64,000 nucleotides of DNA from the human T2T-CHM13v2.0 reference genome, Homo sapiens (GCF_009914755.1 NC_060941.1), one strand, 5' to 3'; positions 43,450 through 61,078 are shown, counted from the first letter of the stretch. Notes: generated by a model from the letters alone, not told the origin. Numbers and translations: made by a program.

Positions 43450-44160
43450 CCACGTCCCCCACTCCAAAATTCTGCGCCTCCCTCAAGCCAGTTTCTCCTC
43501 TGCTTCCTCCTCGCAGCAGCCGGCGCGTCTTTGTTCCGTCCAGGCATCTTCAACGCGTCCCTCCCTCTGGACGCTGCCGAGGAAATACTGAAGTGGTAGA
43601 GGATGTGGGGAGGCCGTCCAAGAGTGGAGGTGTCCCGGGCCTGCTCTCTCCAGGAGGAGGAGTGCAGGCTGGGGTCCACCTCCCCGGTCCAGCAGTGCTG
43701 GGGAGGGGACCCCGCACGTGTGCCCGGAGCGCGGACACGGTGATGCGGCTGCCCCTCGCCCCGGCCCCAGGCTCGCTGCGCCCTCCCTCCCCGGTCGCCT
43801 CTGCGTTTCTCCCGCCAGCAGGAGACCGAGTCTGAGCGCAGCCGCCGACCCTGCGCCTTCCCTGTGCACTCAAAGACCGCCAGCTCTGGGGGAGCCCGGG
43901 GACCCACGCCGCTCTGGGCACAGGCGACCGAGGCCAAGGCGCTCCGGGTCTCTCCAGTTCCGGCGTCTTCTGGTCCTCGGGCTCCGCTCCGCGGCCACTG
44001 GGCCCGCTGCACGCGAGCGCGCCGAGCTCTGCTCCCGCTGCTCCTGCGAAGCTGGTGTCCACACCCGCCGGCCTGCAGGCACCTCGGGGCCCACGTGTCC
44101 TCCGGCCACATCCCACCCTGGGGCCACCTGTGTCCATCCCAGAGCGTGCGCGCAAGGTGA
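43450..44160. promoter_or_regulatory. CpG island (orphan)
   Basis: Very GC-rich with dense CpG; paralog of the 32 kb island. Confidence 0.75.
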
Positions 44161-44345
44161 GGCCTGGGGGCAGGTGCCTATTTTTGCCCCCTCAACCTGC
44201 ATCTTTGCTACCCTGGGACTTACTGCTCTTCAGAACTTTCGGGCCCCTGGTAGAAGGAGATGTCTCTCCTGTGTCTGAGATGGGTGGGGCAGGAACTCCC
44301 CACAGCCCCGGGCTTCTTAAGTGGAGAAGGGATGGGAAAGTCAGG
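43485..44345 (+). pseudogene. Degraded TLR-like gene 5' part (signal peptide, LRR-NT, early LRRs) forming a CpG island; truncated by an L1 ORF1 fragment
   Basis: FLLCFLLAAAGASL (43492-43533); SRACSL..QQCWGGDPARVP; RRLLVLGLRS; clear nucleotide similarity to 31.85-32.5 kb (inverted) and 54.5-54.93 kb (direct). Confidence 0.55.
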
Positions 44346-44359
44346 AGTTGGACTTTCTG

Positions 44360-45677
<1,318 letters not shown>

Positions 45678-45979
45678 TAATTTTTGTATTTTTAGTAGAG
45701 ATGGGGTTTCACCATGTTTGCCAGGCTGGTCTTGAACTCCTGACCTCAAGTGATCCACCTGCCTCAGCCTCCCAAAGTGCTGGGATTACAGGTGTGAGCC
45801 ACCGCACCTGGCCTCCTTTTCCTTTTAAGGTCTACAAAGATCTTGTTAAAAGGACACTTTGAATGTGATAACCAGACAGAACCTTGGCTCTACCCAAAGA
45901 AATGAAGAGTGGTAAAAATGGCTGATATTCAAGATAAAATTTATATCTTTTACATTTTGTATTTATCTAAAGGATAATT

Positions 45980-47430
45980 TACTATAAAAATTAACTCCAA
46001 ATGGATCATAGACTTAAATGTAAAACTATAGAACTTCTAGAAAAAAAGGTATAACATATTTTTTACTTTCAGTTAGGCAAAAAATTTTTGAATACCACAC
46101 CAAAGGCATGAGCCCTAAGAGAAACTATTGATAAAATTGGACTTCATCAAAATTAAAAATTTCTGCCCTTCAAATGACATTAAGAGAATAAAAAGACAAA
46201 CCACAAGCTGGGAGGAAGTATTTGCAAAACATGTATCTGATAAAGAACTTGGACCCAGAATATATAAAGAATGCTTAAAACTCAGTAATAAGTAACAAAC
46301 AATCCAATAATAAATGGACAAAAGATTTGAACAGGTGGTTCAGCAAAGATACATTAATGATAAGCACATGAAAAGATGCGAAGATCATTACTCTTTAGAG
46401 AAATGCATATGAAAACCACAATGAGATACTACTATACATCTATTAGAATGAGTAAAAACAAACACACAAACACTCTAAAGCCCTGACAATAACAAGTAAT
46501 GATGAAGATGGGGAGCAATTGGAGCTCTCATATGTTCTTAGTGGGAATGCAAAATGGTACAGCCACTTTAGGAAACTGTTTGGCAGTCTCTAATAAAATT
46601 AAACATACACTTAACAACTTTTATAGAGTCAAATATACACCTAACATAAGACCCAGCAATTTCACTCCTTGATATTTATCCAAGTAAAAGAAAACAGGTT
46701 CACTCAAGAATTGGTACATGGGACCTGGCTTGGTGGCTCACACCTGTAATCCCAGCACTTTAGGAGGCTGAGGCAGGCGGACCACTTGAGCTCAGGAGCT
46801 CGAGACCAGCCTGGGCAACGTGGCAAAACCCCGACTCTACAAAAAATACAAAAATTAACTAGTCATGGTGGCTCACGCCTGTGGTCCCAGCTACTTGGGA
46901 GGCTGAGGTGGGAGGATTGCTTGGGCCTGCGAGGTAGAGATTGCAGTAAGCTGAGATTTGCACCACTGCACTCCAGCTTGGGTGACAGAGGGAGAAAAAA
47001 AAATTGGGACATGGATGTCTATAGTGGCTTTTTTCATAATTGCCAAGAACTGGAAATAATCCAAATGTCCCTCAACTGGTGAAGGGATACACAAACTATG
47101 ATACAACCATACAATGGAAAACTATTCCACAATAAAAAGAAATGAACCATTGATACACACGATGATATAGATCTCAAATGCAGTATGATAACTGACCAAA
47201 GCCAGACTCAAAAGGCTATATATTGTGTTATTCAATTTATGTAACATTCTGGAATAGTGAAAACTTTAGAGACATAAAACAGATCAGTGGGTGTCAGCAA
47301 CTGGAGGTGGGGAAGGGAGCTGACAACAAAAGGGCACAAGAGAATTTGGGGGTGATTGTGGATTATAACTGTGTGCATTTGTCAAAAATAATAGAATTGT
47401 CCTCTAAAAAGGAAGAATTTTGCTGTAAGA
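45980..47430 (+). mobile_element. L1M ORF2 3' end and 3' UTR
   Basis: aattaactccaaatggatcatagacttaaatgtaaa; ttggacttcatcaaaattaaaaa. Confidence 0.85.
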
Positions 47431-47727
47431 TCACTGTACTCTAAATAATGCTAAAGTTAATCCATTTGATCTTATTTAGTTGTGTTTGGCCAGGAGACAA
47501 AAGTACATGCATGTGTTCCATCTGTAGTTTTTATATGAACACCGTTCTCTATGCATATTTAATGTAGCTTTAGAATTTCCATTGTGTTATTTATTCGCTT
47601 ATTCCCATATGGGATATTAAGGTTTTTGCTATTAAAACCAATGCTAGGCCAGGTGTGGTGACTCATGCCTGTAATCCCACCACTTTGGGAGGCCGAGGCA
47701 GGCAGATCACCTGAGGTCAAGGGTTCA

Positions 47728-47979
<252 letters not shown>

Positions 47980-48322
47980 TCATTTGTGCATTTATTATAT
48001 GAAATACAGTTCTAAAATTGGGATTCTGTGTCGAAGGGCCCCCATTCTCTCCATGAGCGGATGAAAGCAGTGAGTGTGGCTTTAATCCCAAGGGACCGGC
48101 AGGGGTGAGTGGAGCTGCCCCGCTGCAGCAGAGCCCTCCATGCTTACCCACCCCTCCATCCGGGAGGAAATCGAGTCTATTTCCTATTACCTGCCAACCT
48201 TACCTCAGGCTCAAAAGTTTTACTAATGGCTGACAGTCAGTACTTTGCTGCAATTAAACTGATGTTCATAAAGTTTTAATCATGCCTGAAAGAGCTTATG
48301 TGGTTTATAAAAATTTGCATCA

Positions 48323-48778
<456 letters not shown>

Positions 48779-49778
48779 TTACCAACTGAAGCCACAGGTC
48801 ACTCTTGGTATCACTAAGAATGGGACAACCTGACATTCAGTGCCTTCTGGTGGCATGATGTGAAGTACTTAGTACTATCTCTGAAAGAAATGTTCTTATC
48901 CAAAAGAAAAGTTAAACTTGAATCGAATCAAGCCTTTAGATCTAACTTCCAGTTCTCAGGAAATACAGAGGGTAAAGGAAAAGTTGAATGCCATCACAAA
49001 GGCATAAACAGGCTAATCTAGACTATGGGACATTCCACAGGACAACCGGCCTGGTTTCTTCAACAAGACAATAGTTTGAAGGAGGATGAGGAGAGGATAG
49101 ATAGTCTGGGTTAAAAGATATTTAAGAGACGTCATCAAATACAATCTGCAGACCTTAACCAGATCTAGATTCAAACCAACTGACTATAAAAAGATATGCT
49201 TGGAACACTTGGGAAAATTTGAAAATGGTTTAGATGTTAGAGAAAGCCAAAGAATGTTATTTTCTTAAGGCATGATACTGGCACTGTGGTTCTGAAGAAA
49301 ATGTCCACATATTAGAGATGAATAGTGAAATACGTAGGGTTGAAAAGATGTGAGGTCTGGAGTTTAAAACAACAAAACAGAATGAACAGATTAGGCAAGT
49401 GGGGCAAATGTTTGACGATTGCTCATTCTAGGAGATGGAAATATGAGGATTTATTATATGTTCCCTCTATAATGTTATTTTATAATGTTTTCATAAAAAT
49501 TTAAAAGAAATACAGTAGGTGGTTATGTTATAAAGATTACAGATAGCAAATGGGTGTCTTGGGATAAAATTTCCAGGGATACCACCATACATGATGTAAA
49601 AATTGCTTATTCTCAAATAGCTGAGATAGAAGAGCTTAAACAGCCCTAGCAGTGAAAATAAAAGGGATATGAAAGGAAAAATTTGGATCAAATAGTTTCA
49701 TAAAATGAGAGAGTGACAAAGTTGTATTTCTAGATTAGTCTATAATGTACTATATTATTTTACAAAATGTCACTTTCA

Positions 49779-50189
<411 letters not shown>

Positions 50190-50478
50190 TCATTTCTTTG
50201 GGTGGCCCAATTTTTCCAGTACCAGATAAACACATTTCTAGGTTTAATTCTTTTTGAGATTCCCTTGAGGTATATTATATATCTTTATTATCTTTTATTT
50301 TGCATTTTTGATGCATATAAAATAAGATTTGTGGCATATATTTGGGATATAAATTATAATATTAAAATAAATTCCTGTGAATCAAACACCCTAAGACCAA
50401 AACGGTACCAATAATTCTGCATCTGTCTGTGTACTCCTTCCCTCTCCAAATCCCTTGGTCTCCCCTAGGTCTCCCTGA

Positions 50479-50734
<256 letters not shown>

Positions 50735-51272
50735 TAGCCAGGATGGTCTTGATCTCCTCACCTCGTGATCCGCCCACCTCGGCCTTCCAGAGTGCTGGGA
50801 TTACAGGTGTGAGCCACTGCATCCGGCCTGAGTTCGTTATTTCTTTGTTAAGAAATTCTTAATCCGGCCAGGTGCAGTGGCTCACACCTGTAATCTCAGC
50901 ACTCTGGGAGGCTGAAGCAGGCTGATCACTTGAAGTCAAGAGTTTCAGACCAGCCTGGCCAACATGGTGAAACTCTGTCTCTACTAAAAATACAAAAATT
51001 AGCTGGGCATGGTGGTGGGTGCCTGTAATCCCAGTTACTCAAGAGACCAAGGCACGAGAATCGCTTGAACCCAGGAAGCGGAGGTTGCAGTGAGCCGAGA
51101 TTGCAGTGAGCCGAGATAATGCCACTGCCCTCCAGTCTGGGTGACAGAATGAGACCCTGTCTCAAAAAAATAAAAAAAAAAATTCTTAATCCAATATTCA
51201 TATATCCTTCAACAAAGTATTATTTAGTTGTGCTTCTTTTTGAGCTTTGTAACTCTTTTCAAGTTTCCCTGG

Positions 51273-51611
51273 TGATATGGTTTGGCTGTGTCCCCACCCA
51301 AATCTCATCTTGAATTCCCACGTGTTGTGGGAGGGACCAGGTGGGAGGTAATTGAATCATTGAGGCAGGTCTTCCCTATGTTGTTCTCATGATAGTGAAT
51401 AAGTCTCACAAGATCTGATGGTTTTAAAACGGGGAGTTTCCCAGCACAAGCTCTCTTCTCTTTCCACTGCCATGTAAGAAGTGTCTTTTGCCTTCCGCCA
51501 TGATTGTGAGGCCTCCCTAGCCACGTGGAACTGTACATTAAACCTCTTTTTTTTGTAAATTGCCCAGTCTCAGGTATGTCTTTATCAGCCACATGAAAGT
51601 GGACTAACACA
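51273..51611 (+). mobile_element. THE1-family MaLR solo LTR
   Basis: tgatatggtttggctgtgtccccacccaaatctc ... ggactaacaca; 5-bp TSD cctgg/catgg. Confidence 0.9.
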
Positions 51612-51619
51612 CATGGTCT

Positions 51620-52480
51620 ACTGGGTTCCTGGTCTACTGGGTTCAAGACAGGCTGTCTTTGAGTTAATTGAATTGGGAGGAGAAGAATCTGGACCCTAAG
51701 TTCTCCTTGAGACCAGAAGTCAAGAGGCCATGGGAGCCAATTTCATAATTAGCCTTAAATGGGTCCAACCAATCAGCACCCTGGACAGATCACGGTCATT
51801 TCAAGTATTCTGTTACCTTCCCTTTCCCTGAGGTCAAAATAATTTCTCCTCCTTCCTGGCCTCAGGATTCTGCAACCCTGTTCCAGGCCCTTACCTGTTG
51901 GTTCTGCTGGTTCTGGATTTTTCCCAAGGTGAGAGTCAAGGAATTTGTACTAGGTCCGGGCTTGGGTGATTAGGCCTTCCTTCTCCACCCAATCCTGGAC
52001 AAAGATCCCAGTTTTCATTGTTACCCCTTCACCACAAATGGCAGAGAGAAAATAGTGGGAAAAAAGTATTTCCAACAACATCCTCAGAAGAGTTATAGCC
52101 CAACCTGGCCTCTTTCAATTAAAAAAAAATCAATCAGGGGAATAAACAGAAACATTATCAAGGCCTGGATCTCTCCCATGGAGTATTTCTCTGGATATCT
52201 CAAAGTCTCAGGAAGATTTCTGGGCTGCAGAAATTTTTTTTGAGCTCAAGCAAGAGGAATTTTATGACACTGGATTATGGATTATTCCCCTAAATTAACT
52301 CAGTCAGCGTTATCACCCAGGAATTACTCTTCCTGTTATAGGAAGCTGAACCAGCTCCTAACTGGTTTAGGTGGCTGTCCTCACCAAATCTGACCTAAAT
52401 CATTACCACAACCTTTGCCCTGCTCCTCCTTTTTTCAAGCTTTCCTGCCTTCCCCAACACCATAGGCATGGGTGCCACCT
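51620..52480 (+). pseudogene. Degraded LRR array and LRR-CT fragment of a TLR-like gene
   Basis: LALNGSNQ/ISTLDRSRSFQ (51772); LPSLSL/GQNNFSSF (51832); LLVLDFSQ (51904); ISNNILRRV (52068); GLDLSHGVFLWISQSLRKISGLQKFFLSS (52162); RNYSSCYRKL and LCPAPP (CT-like). Confidence 0.6.
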
Positions 52481-52503
52481 CCAGCATACGGTGATAATTG
52501 TAA

Positions 52504-52880
<377 letters not shown>

Positions 52881-53829
52881 TGAGTTTTGTTTTAACCAAA
52901 AATTATCATATAATTATATGGAGAAGATAAATGGGGATGAAGCGAGCATACGGCTAGTGTAAGAGTGCTAAATCCTCATCTTCCTTAATAGATCAATTAT
53001 TAATAATATTGCTTAAAACTGATAAATCAAGACATTAATATCAGGAGGAGTGTGGTATTCCTATATAGGGAGGAAATACCAGAAAAAAATAGCTGAAAGG
53101 GTTTGGGGTGAATGACAAAGGGGCTGAGAAAGAATGAAGCAAAGAACCATTGTTTTTTATAATAAGCAATTTATACACTTAACATTTTTTAAAAATTATT
53201 TTTAGTTAATCGATAGTAGTCTTGATAGGCCAGGCTCAGTGGCTCACACCTATAACCCCAGCACTTTGGGAGGCCGAGGCAGGCAGATCACGAGGTCAGG
53301 AGTTCGAGACTAGCCTGGCCAACGTGGTGAAACCCCGTCTCTACTAAAAATACAAAAATTAGCTGGGCATGCTGGCAGTGCCTGTAATCCCAGCTACTTG
53401 GGAGGCTGAGGCAGAATCACTTGAACCCAGGAGGTGGAGGTTGCGGTGACCCGAGATTGTGCCACTGGACTCCAGCCTGAGTGACAGAGTGAGACTCTGT
53501 CTCAAAAAAAAAAAAAAAAAAACAACTACATTGAGAGTGGTCTTGCTATGTTGCCCAGGCTGGTCTCAAACTCCTGGCTTCAATCAATCCTGACACCTTG
53601 GCCTCCCAGAGTGTTAGGATTACAGGTATTAACCACTGTGGCCAGCCATATTTTATAAGTTTTAAAACACACACATATGTATGATAAATGTAAAAGTAAA
53701 TTTAAAAATAGAAAACCCTTAAAAGAGTTTTGTCCTAGTTTTCTTTGACAGGAAGAGGATTTTACACTGTGCAAATGTTACTATGATTTAGATTATATTA
53801 TAAATCAATTCATTTCAGGTTAAGTGTGA

Positions 53830-54505
53830 GATTTTTAAAATCCCTGTTAATATCAAGAATGAAAAAGGATAATCACAAAAGATCCTACAGGCATTAAAAG
53901 AAGTTCAACTTAACAACAAATTTGACTATTTGAATTTGAATGGACACACTCTTCCAAATAAAAACCAAAAACTTACCAAAACTGGCAGAAGAAAAGGTAA
54001 AAGCCTTGAATAGTTCAATATCTGTTAAACAAATTGTCTCTGTTATTCAAAGTGTTTCCTCAAATAAAGGCCCAGATTGATTTATAGTGAATATTTTCTT
54101 TCTTTCTTTCTTTTCTTTTTTTATTAAGACAAGGTCTCACTATGTTGCCTAGGCTGGTCTCGAACTCCTGGTTTCAAGCCATCCTCCCGCCTCAGCCTCC
54201 AGACATGCTGGGATTACAGGTGTGAATATTTTCACATTTTAGAATGAAATATCAGCAATATAATCAAAGTCTTCAAGAAAATAGAAAAAGAAGAGGGAAC
54301 TCCTCTGAACTCTTTTGTGAAGCCAGGAAAACGTTTACAGAAAAATCTAATATTATAAGAAAGAAAAATTAGTGTCCAATTTCTTTCATAAGCATAGATG
54401 CAGAGTCCACGTAAATTATTAGAAAATTGATTCCAGTGACACATAAAAGCGATAATACCTCATGACCAGGTGGGTTTATTCAAGAAATGCAAAGGTATTT
54501 GAAAA
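53830..54505 (+). mobile_element. Old L1 ORF2 fragment
   Basis: catgaccaggtgggtttattcaagaaatgcaa (HDQVGFI.xMQ). Confidence 0.8.
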
Positions 54506-55339
54506 TAAAATACCCTTGTGGGGCCTTCGCCGCTCCAGGCACAGGCGACCGAGGCTGCGGCATGGCACGTCCCTCCGGCTTGGGCATCTCTGGTCCTCAG
54601 GCTCTGCCCCACGGCCACTGGGCCTGCTGCACCTGAGCCAGTCTGGTTGGGTGGCCGGGCTCTGTCCCATCTGCTCCTGGGAGGCTGACTTTCACACCCG
54701 CCTGCCTGCAGGCACCTCGGGACCCATGTGTCCCCCGGCCACATCCCATCCTGGGGCCACCCTATGTCGGTCCCAGGTGTGGTACTTGGGGGCAGGTGCC
54801 CATTTCTGCCCCCTCAACCTGTATTTTTGCCAGCCTGGGACTTCCTGCCCTTCCAGAACTTTCTGCCCCCTTGTAGCTGGAGATGTCTCTCCTGTGTGTG
54901 AGCTTCCCACAGCCTGAGCCTCCTTAACTGGGGAGGGGGATCAGTCACCTGACAGACACAGGATGCTCAGTTGTCTCAGGAATTGATGGTGAGAGGGACC
55001 ACAGAGATAAGGGGTGCAGTCCCCTCCCCTTTGACCAATGGCAGAGCCCCCAGCCTTTCTGGGGAGACACTTTGCATCCTCCTATTTTTGGCAAAAGTCT
55101 CAGGAGAGTTAAGGCACCAATTGGTGTCTGCAGGTTCACACGCTAAACTCTGCTTCTGTCTCTCTCAGGGGGAATTGCTGCTGCCTTGGGAAGGCCCCCA
55201 GGTGTGGGAGTGGCAGAGCTGGTGGTGACCCTGGCCCAGGTCATCTGAAGCCACCCTTGTCCTGTGCTCCACAGCTAAAACAACCCTCAGTCCTCTCTGT
55301 CCTATGACAAACAAGACACCGGTGAAGGGGTAAGGCCAG

Positions 55340-55452
55340 CAGCATCATCCCCAAGCTACAAAGGAGGAGACTGAGGCTCAGGAGGTGAAAGGAATAAATG
55401 ACAGAGCCAGGGCCAAAACTCAGGATTCCTAGCTCTTGGTCCAGGGCTCTTC
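55340..55452 (-). mobile_element. MIR fragment (paralogous to 31468-31575)
   Basis: gaggagactgaggctcag..cagagccagg..tccagggctctt. Confidence 0.65.
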
Positions 55453-55786
55453 CCCGCCCAGGCTGCATGGGAGGTGGTGGGAGGTGAATGTGCCAGCCTG
55501 TGAGGGCTGCGGCCCACTAGGCCCAGCTTGGAGGAGAGTGTCTCTCTTGGGCCTGTAACATCTTGCTAAATGGAGGAGAAGGGAGGGAAGGCCAATGTGA
55601 CCTGCCTTCCGCATCTCCCACCTTCGCCCTCCCTCCTCAGGGTCCTAGGTCAGATGGCTTCCCACAGAACCCAAGGCTTCTCTGCTAAACTGGCACTGGC
55701 TCAATAGCTCCCTTCCTTCTTGTCCTCATTCTCATCCCTCCCAGGAGGGCACCGTGGACACTCCCTCCTTCAAACCATGTGTGTGC

Positions 55787-55832
55787 GCACACACACACAC
55801 ACACACACATACACACACACACACACACACAC
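55787..55832. repeat. (CA)n microsatellite
   Basis: Direct. Confidence 0.95.
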
Positions 55833-56715
55833 TTCACCCAACGTTAGCCTACAGAACTAAATGCAGGGTTTCCCATCCCAGTGTGTGACGGGCTCTGGGG
55901 TGACAGAAGCAGGAGAGGTTCTAGTGGAAACTTAGGGAAAAGACCATCTTATGAGGGCTCTGGAGGAGGGGTGTCCTGGCCAGCTGTCCTTGGGAGGGAT
56001 GTCACCTGGACGTGAAGAGGCACCAGCAAAGGGGGCCTGACCTCCTTCCCCCAGACCATCTGGGCAGCTTTTGGGAGTGGCTAGGGACACCTGGGTCTCC
56101 CAGAACAGGGGTTTCCTGACTTGTGCATTCTCTTTGAAGATGAAGATGGGCAGGCAGGGATGGCCGGCAGTCCATAGGAATGCGGCTGTAACAGTGTCTG
56201 CTGCTGCTGTTGATCACTGCTGGGCTGGGTCCAGCCAGGGCCACATCCTTGGAGGCCTGATACTCCACGCAGATGGTGGTGCAGCCACCTGTCAGCTGTC
56301 AGGTGGGGCTTGGGATGAGACTAAATTGGTTCTTTCAAGAGCCCGGGGTGCCCTCTTGAGGATGCCTGGAGAATCTCACCACCTTCGTCCTAGACAGACT
56401 GTGGCTGACTCTCAGGCTTTTCTCTCTTCTTCCTGCTCCTGCCCCGGCCCTTCCAATCTCTTCTTCACCCACACCCCTCCCAGAGCCCAGCCCACCCACC
56501 TACCCTCCTCTGGACAGATGCTTCATTTTGAGGGGCCTCTCATATTAGGGGTCAGCAAGGCCCAACATCCCCAGGGGCCTGGCATCCTGGACCATAGTGC
56601 CCATGGTTTGGACTTGCTCATCAAAGCCACCCCTCCACATACCTTAGGGCCTGGAGGCATCTTTCAGCAACCTGAAGACTTTGCACCATGTGATGACATG
56701 TGTTAATGAGACGTG

Positions 56716-57020
<305 letters not shown>

Positions 57021-58936
57021 AGACACGAGTAGTGCTCTAGAACCCCCAACCGTGGAGCCATGCTCTCCCAGCCCCTGGAACCACCTGCCTGAGTCCCATG
57101 CAGACCTGACTCTGGCCTGTCGGGATCTTGATAACTCTCAGTGTTCCCCTCTGACGGTAATGCCTCTTAAGGTACAGATGAGGAGAAGATGAGGGTATGT
57201 GTGGCAAGAATCAGGAAGACCAGTCCCTGGTCCACCACATAAGGCCAGGTGATCTGGTTAAGTGTCTGTACCAGAAATAGGTCATTGGATGAGCGAGACC
57301 TGGCCCAGGCCAGCCTGTGAATGTCTCTCTGAAGTCCTACACTGCCCTCCCTGACCACCTTAAGGGGAACAGAGATGGGTCCCAGGGGGAGAGTGCTAAG
57401 CCTCTCCTCCTTTTCTACCCCTGCTAGTACTAGAGGGTCTCTAAAAGGGGAAATCACTTATAAAACGTGTCCTTTGCAGTAAGGAGACACCATTAAACTA
57501 ATGACCCAATGGCAAGGTCCCTTGAGCATTCCCTAAAGAGATTGGATATGGCCGGGCAATGTAATCCAGGATCTTTAAAATGCCTGTGTCAGAACTGGGA
57601 CTAGACCAGGGCAGCGTAGAATAGGAGAGCTGTGCACCATTCCAGGGGCAGACTGGAGCCGGTGGAATTGAGGTCGGACGTAAGATCTCTGCATTCTCAG
57701 CAGGTGTTGGTCAGGGGCTGGGGGTTACCCCACCACTGTCCCCACTACCTTCATTTTCCCCGAAACAGGGAGGGTGGGACTCCCCTGCACACATCCCCCT
57801 GGGCTGCATGCCATCCAGGTGAAGCTGGGAGTCACAGTGCTGGCCCAGCAGCCTCCTCCTGCCCTGAACACCCCTCCACTTTGACCTCATGGAGGGAATG
57901 TGAATGCCTGGGCCTCTCACCTGGTTCAGCACTCTTTCCCTTCTCTGTTTATTACACACACACACACAAACACACAGACACACACACACACACTTTATTC
58001 AGAAGATGCAAGGAATTGGGGGTTTTATTTATATTTGACTTTTTTTTTTTTGCTCCTTCCAACCTAGGTGTCCCTATCAGCTATTCAATAATGATTAATA
58101 AAATTTTTTAAAGTTACTTAAATCCCTCTGGGTGGAGCAGTTTGGGGGTGGAGGGTCCAAAGAGGCAAAATGAGGACTGAGACACCTCCTGCCTACCTTC
58201 CTCTCCCTCTGCCAGCATTGCTTGGCCTGACCATTTCCCTTGCTGTCCAAGCTCCATCCTCCTTTGCTCATCCAGGGAAGCGGATCCCTGGTTCTCCAAA
58301 CTACTGCACTCCAAGCCTAGTCAAGGGCCATTAAGCCCCCAAATTCTCCCCTTTGTCCCAAGCCCACCATGTCCTCCAACCAAGGCAGGAGATCTGGGTC
58401 TGTGCTTGGCTCCCCACGACCCAGTGGTAATGAGTACTCCTGTGGGACATCTGGACTAGGCTGACAGGCTTGAGAAGGGGGCCCACCATTCCCTTCTCAG
58501 ATCAGTGACTTGAGCACCCCACCCTGGGATTCTTGGCAGCCAGGAGCTGGCACCGCTCCCTGAACCCCTGGCTGGTGTGGGCCCCTCACACTCTGTCCAT
58601 GGAGCACAGACTGGGGCCAGAACCCCAGGCTCCCCTCAGCCTGGCCTGAGCTCCCATCAGCGGTGACCCACAAAGCCCTGGCCAGATGGGGAACATTTCT
58701 GAGACCACAGTCCTTCAGATGGGACTGCCCCCTCATCTGCTGGGCCCCAGAAGAAGCAAAAACAACCTTACCCACCACTTCCAGCTGTTGAGGTGGCACC
58801 TGGGCTGTGCCTGGGAAAGGACTTGGGGGAGGATGCTGGTCTAGAGGGCACAGCCACAGAGGCAGAGGAGTTTTGAGTTTTTTTTTTTTTTTTTGTCTCC
58901 TCTGAAAAAATAACTTGGGAATTTGGTCTCTTTTAA

Positions 58937-59254
<318 letters not shown>

Positions 59255-60133
59255 TAAACTCTGGTTCTTAAAATACGTGGCAGTTTGTTACGGGCTGGTC
59301 GGTCAGGTGCTGTGGTGCTCTGAGGGGAAAGGGCCCGGAGCAGGGCAGCACATGCTATTTAAAAATATCCTGAATGTGTGAGGGCCTTGGCTTTTTTTGG
59401 AATGGGTTGAGGTTATTTCTGGCATGTGGTGACAGGACAAGTGTGTTCATTTTAACTTTGACATTCTCTGTAAATAAACTGGAAATGTGGACCACTGCTC
59501 CTCCGCAGGGGATGAGGAGGAAGAAAAAGATGACAATGCGAAGGGCTGTCGTAGCTCAGGGGTCCCCTCTGTTCCTGCCACTCTGCCACCCCCGCAAAGA
59601 AAGCATGACTTCCTCTTGGGACACTCATCGGACCAGAGCAGGACTGGGGTCGCTGTTGCTGCAGGTGGTGGGGTGGGAGTGGGGGAGAGGGGTTAAGAGA
59701 GAACGAATGAAATGAGGAGCCTGGGTCACCTCACAGATGTTCTTCTTTAAGACACAAAAGGAGCCAAATGAGAGACTGAAGCCTCTAAACAGAAGGGGAA
59801 GGCAACCTGACCAAGATCACACAGCTTCAGAATCAGAGCTGGCCCCAGGGGCGAGGGCAGCGGGGAGGAAAGGCAGCTGGTCCTGTTCTTCCTCCCTCCC
59901 TTCCGCCCTTGAACACTCATTGATCCTGGGGGGTCAAAGTGGAGTACTAGCACAGACCTGACTTAGGGTGCTGAGTGTGGGGGCCAGCACTCTGTGCCAG
60001 ACAGGGGGCCAGGGGCCATGTGGTTTTTCTACCGGTTGAAGAGTTTGGATTTTCCTCTAGGCACTGGGAAGCAGGGGATGTATTTTAAGCAGACATGAGG
60101 TGTCACATTTTCTCTTGAAATACCGCCCTGGAA

Positions 60134-60445
60134 GCCAGGCGCGGTGGCTCATGCCTGTAATCCCAGCCATTTGGGAGGCTTAGGCGGGCAGATCACCTGA
60201 GGTCAGGAGTTTGAGACCAGCCTGACCAACATGGAGAAACCTCGTCTCTACTAAAAATACAAAATTAGCCAAGCATGGTGGCATGCATGCCTGTAATCCC
60301 AGCTGCTCAGGAGCTGAGGCAGAAGGACTGCTTGGGCCGGGGAGGCATAGTTGCGGTGAGCTGAGATCGCGCCATTGCACGCCAGCCTGGGCAACAAGAG
60401 TAAAACTCTGTCTCAAAAAAAAAAAAAAGAAGAAGAAGAAGAAGA
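60134..60445 (+). mobile_element. AluSp
   Basis: TSD gaaatacc(g/a)ccctgga. Confidence 0.93.
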
Positions 60446-60618
60446 AATACCACCCTGGAGGCCACCACAATAGTCCAGACAAGTGTTGATGAGGGCCCAG
60501 CCTAGCCAGTGCAATGGAGAGAAGGGGCCAGTGCAGAGAGACACCTGGGGTAGAAGTGACAGGGCATCAAGCGGGAGGGCAGATGGCCTCTGGGCTTTTG
60601 GCTCAGGTTAGTGGTGGC

Positions 60619-61078
60619 TGTATTCAATTCCTGAGGTTGCTGTAACAATGCACCACATATTGGGTGACTTAAAACAACAGAAATGTATTCTCTCATAGCT
60701 GAGGCCAGGTGTGAGCAGGGTTGGCTCCTTCTTGAGGCTCAGTGGGAGAATCTCTCTGTTTCTCTCCAAGCTTCGGGTGGTTGCCAGCAGCCTTGGCACT
60801 TTTGGCTTTCAGATGCATCGCTCCCATCTCTGCCTACGTCTCCACGTGGCCGACTCCCGTGTGTCTGTTTCACACACTTGTCTTCCCTTGCGTACGTCTG
60901 CGTGCCCAAATTTCTCTCTACTTATAAGGAGACCAGTCACTGGAGTAGGGCCACCCAAATCCAATGCGACCTCATTTTAACTTGTCTCTGCAAAGACACT
61001 ATTTGCAACTAAGGTCACATGCACATGCCTGGGGGCTAGAAACGTTTCTTGGGGACACAATTCATTTTACCCATGACA
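60619..61078 (-). mobile_element. MLT1-family MaLR LTR
   Basis: gttgctgtaacaatgcaccac..cttaaaacaacagaaatgtattctctca signature. Confidence 0.8.

Larger units (their letters stand above)
54515..56110 (+). pseudogene. Degraded TLR-like gene, 5' end lost at an L1 junction; LRRs, LRR-CT, MIR insertion, TIR remnant
   Basis: FASLGLPALPELS; FPQPEPP*L..GISHLTD; SQELMVRG; KLCFCLSQGELLLPW (CT-like); TIR-like FKPCVCAH, KDHLMRALEEGCPGQLS (55939-55989), SFWEWL (56066-56083). Confidence 0.6.

Noticed and set aside
57167-57457. Minus-strand ORF with a hydrophobic tail (GLVFLILATHTLIF)
   Set aside because: Antisense to better-supported plus-strand LRR remnants; no flanking domain support.
58590-58610. Second RE1-like sequence ctctgtccatggagcacag
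   Set aside because: Only one half-site matches well.
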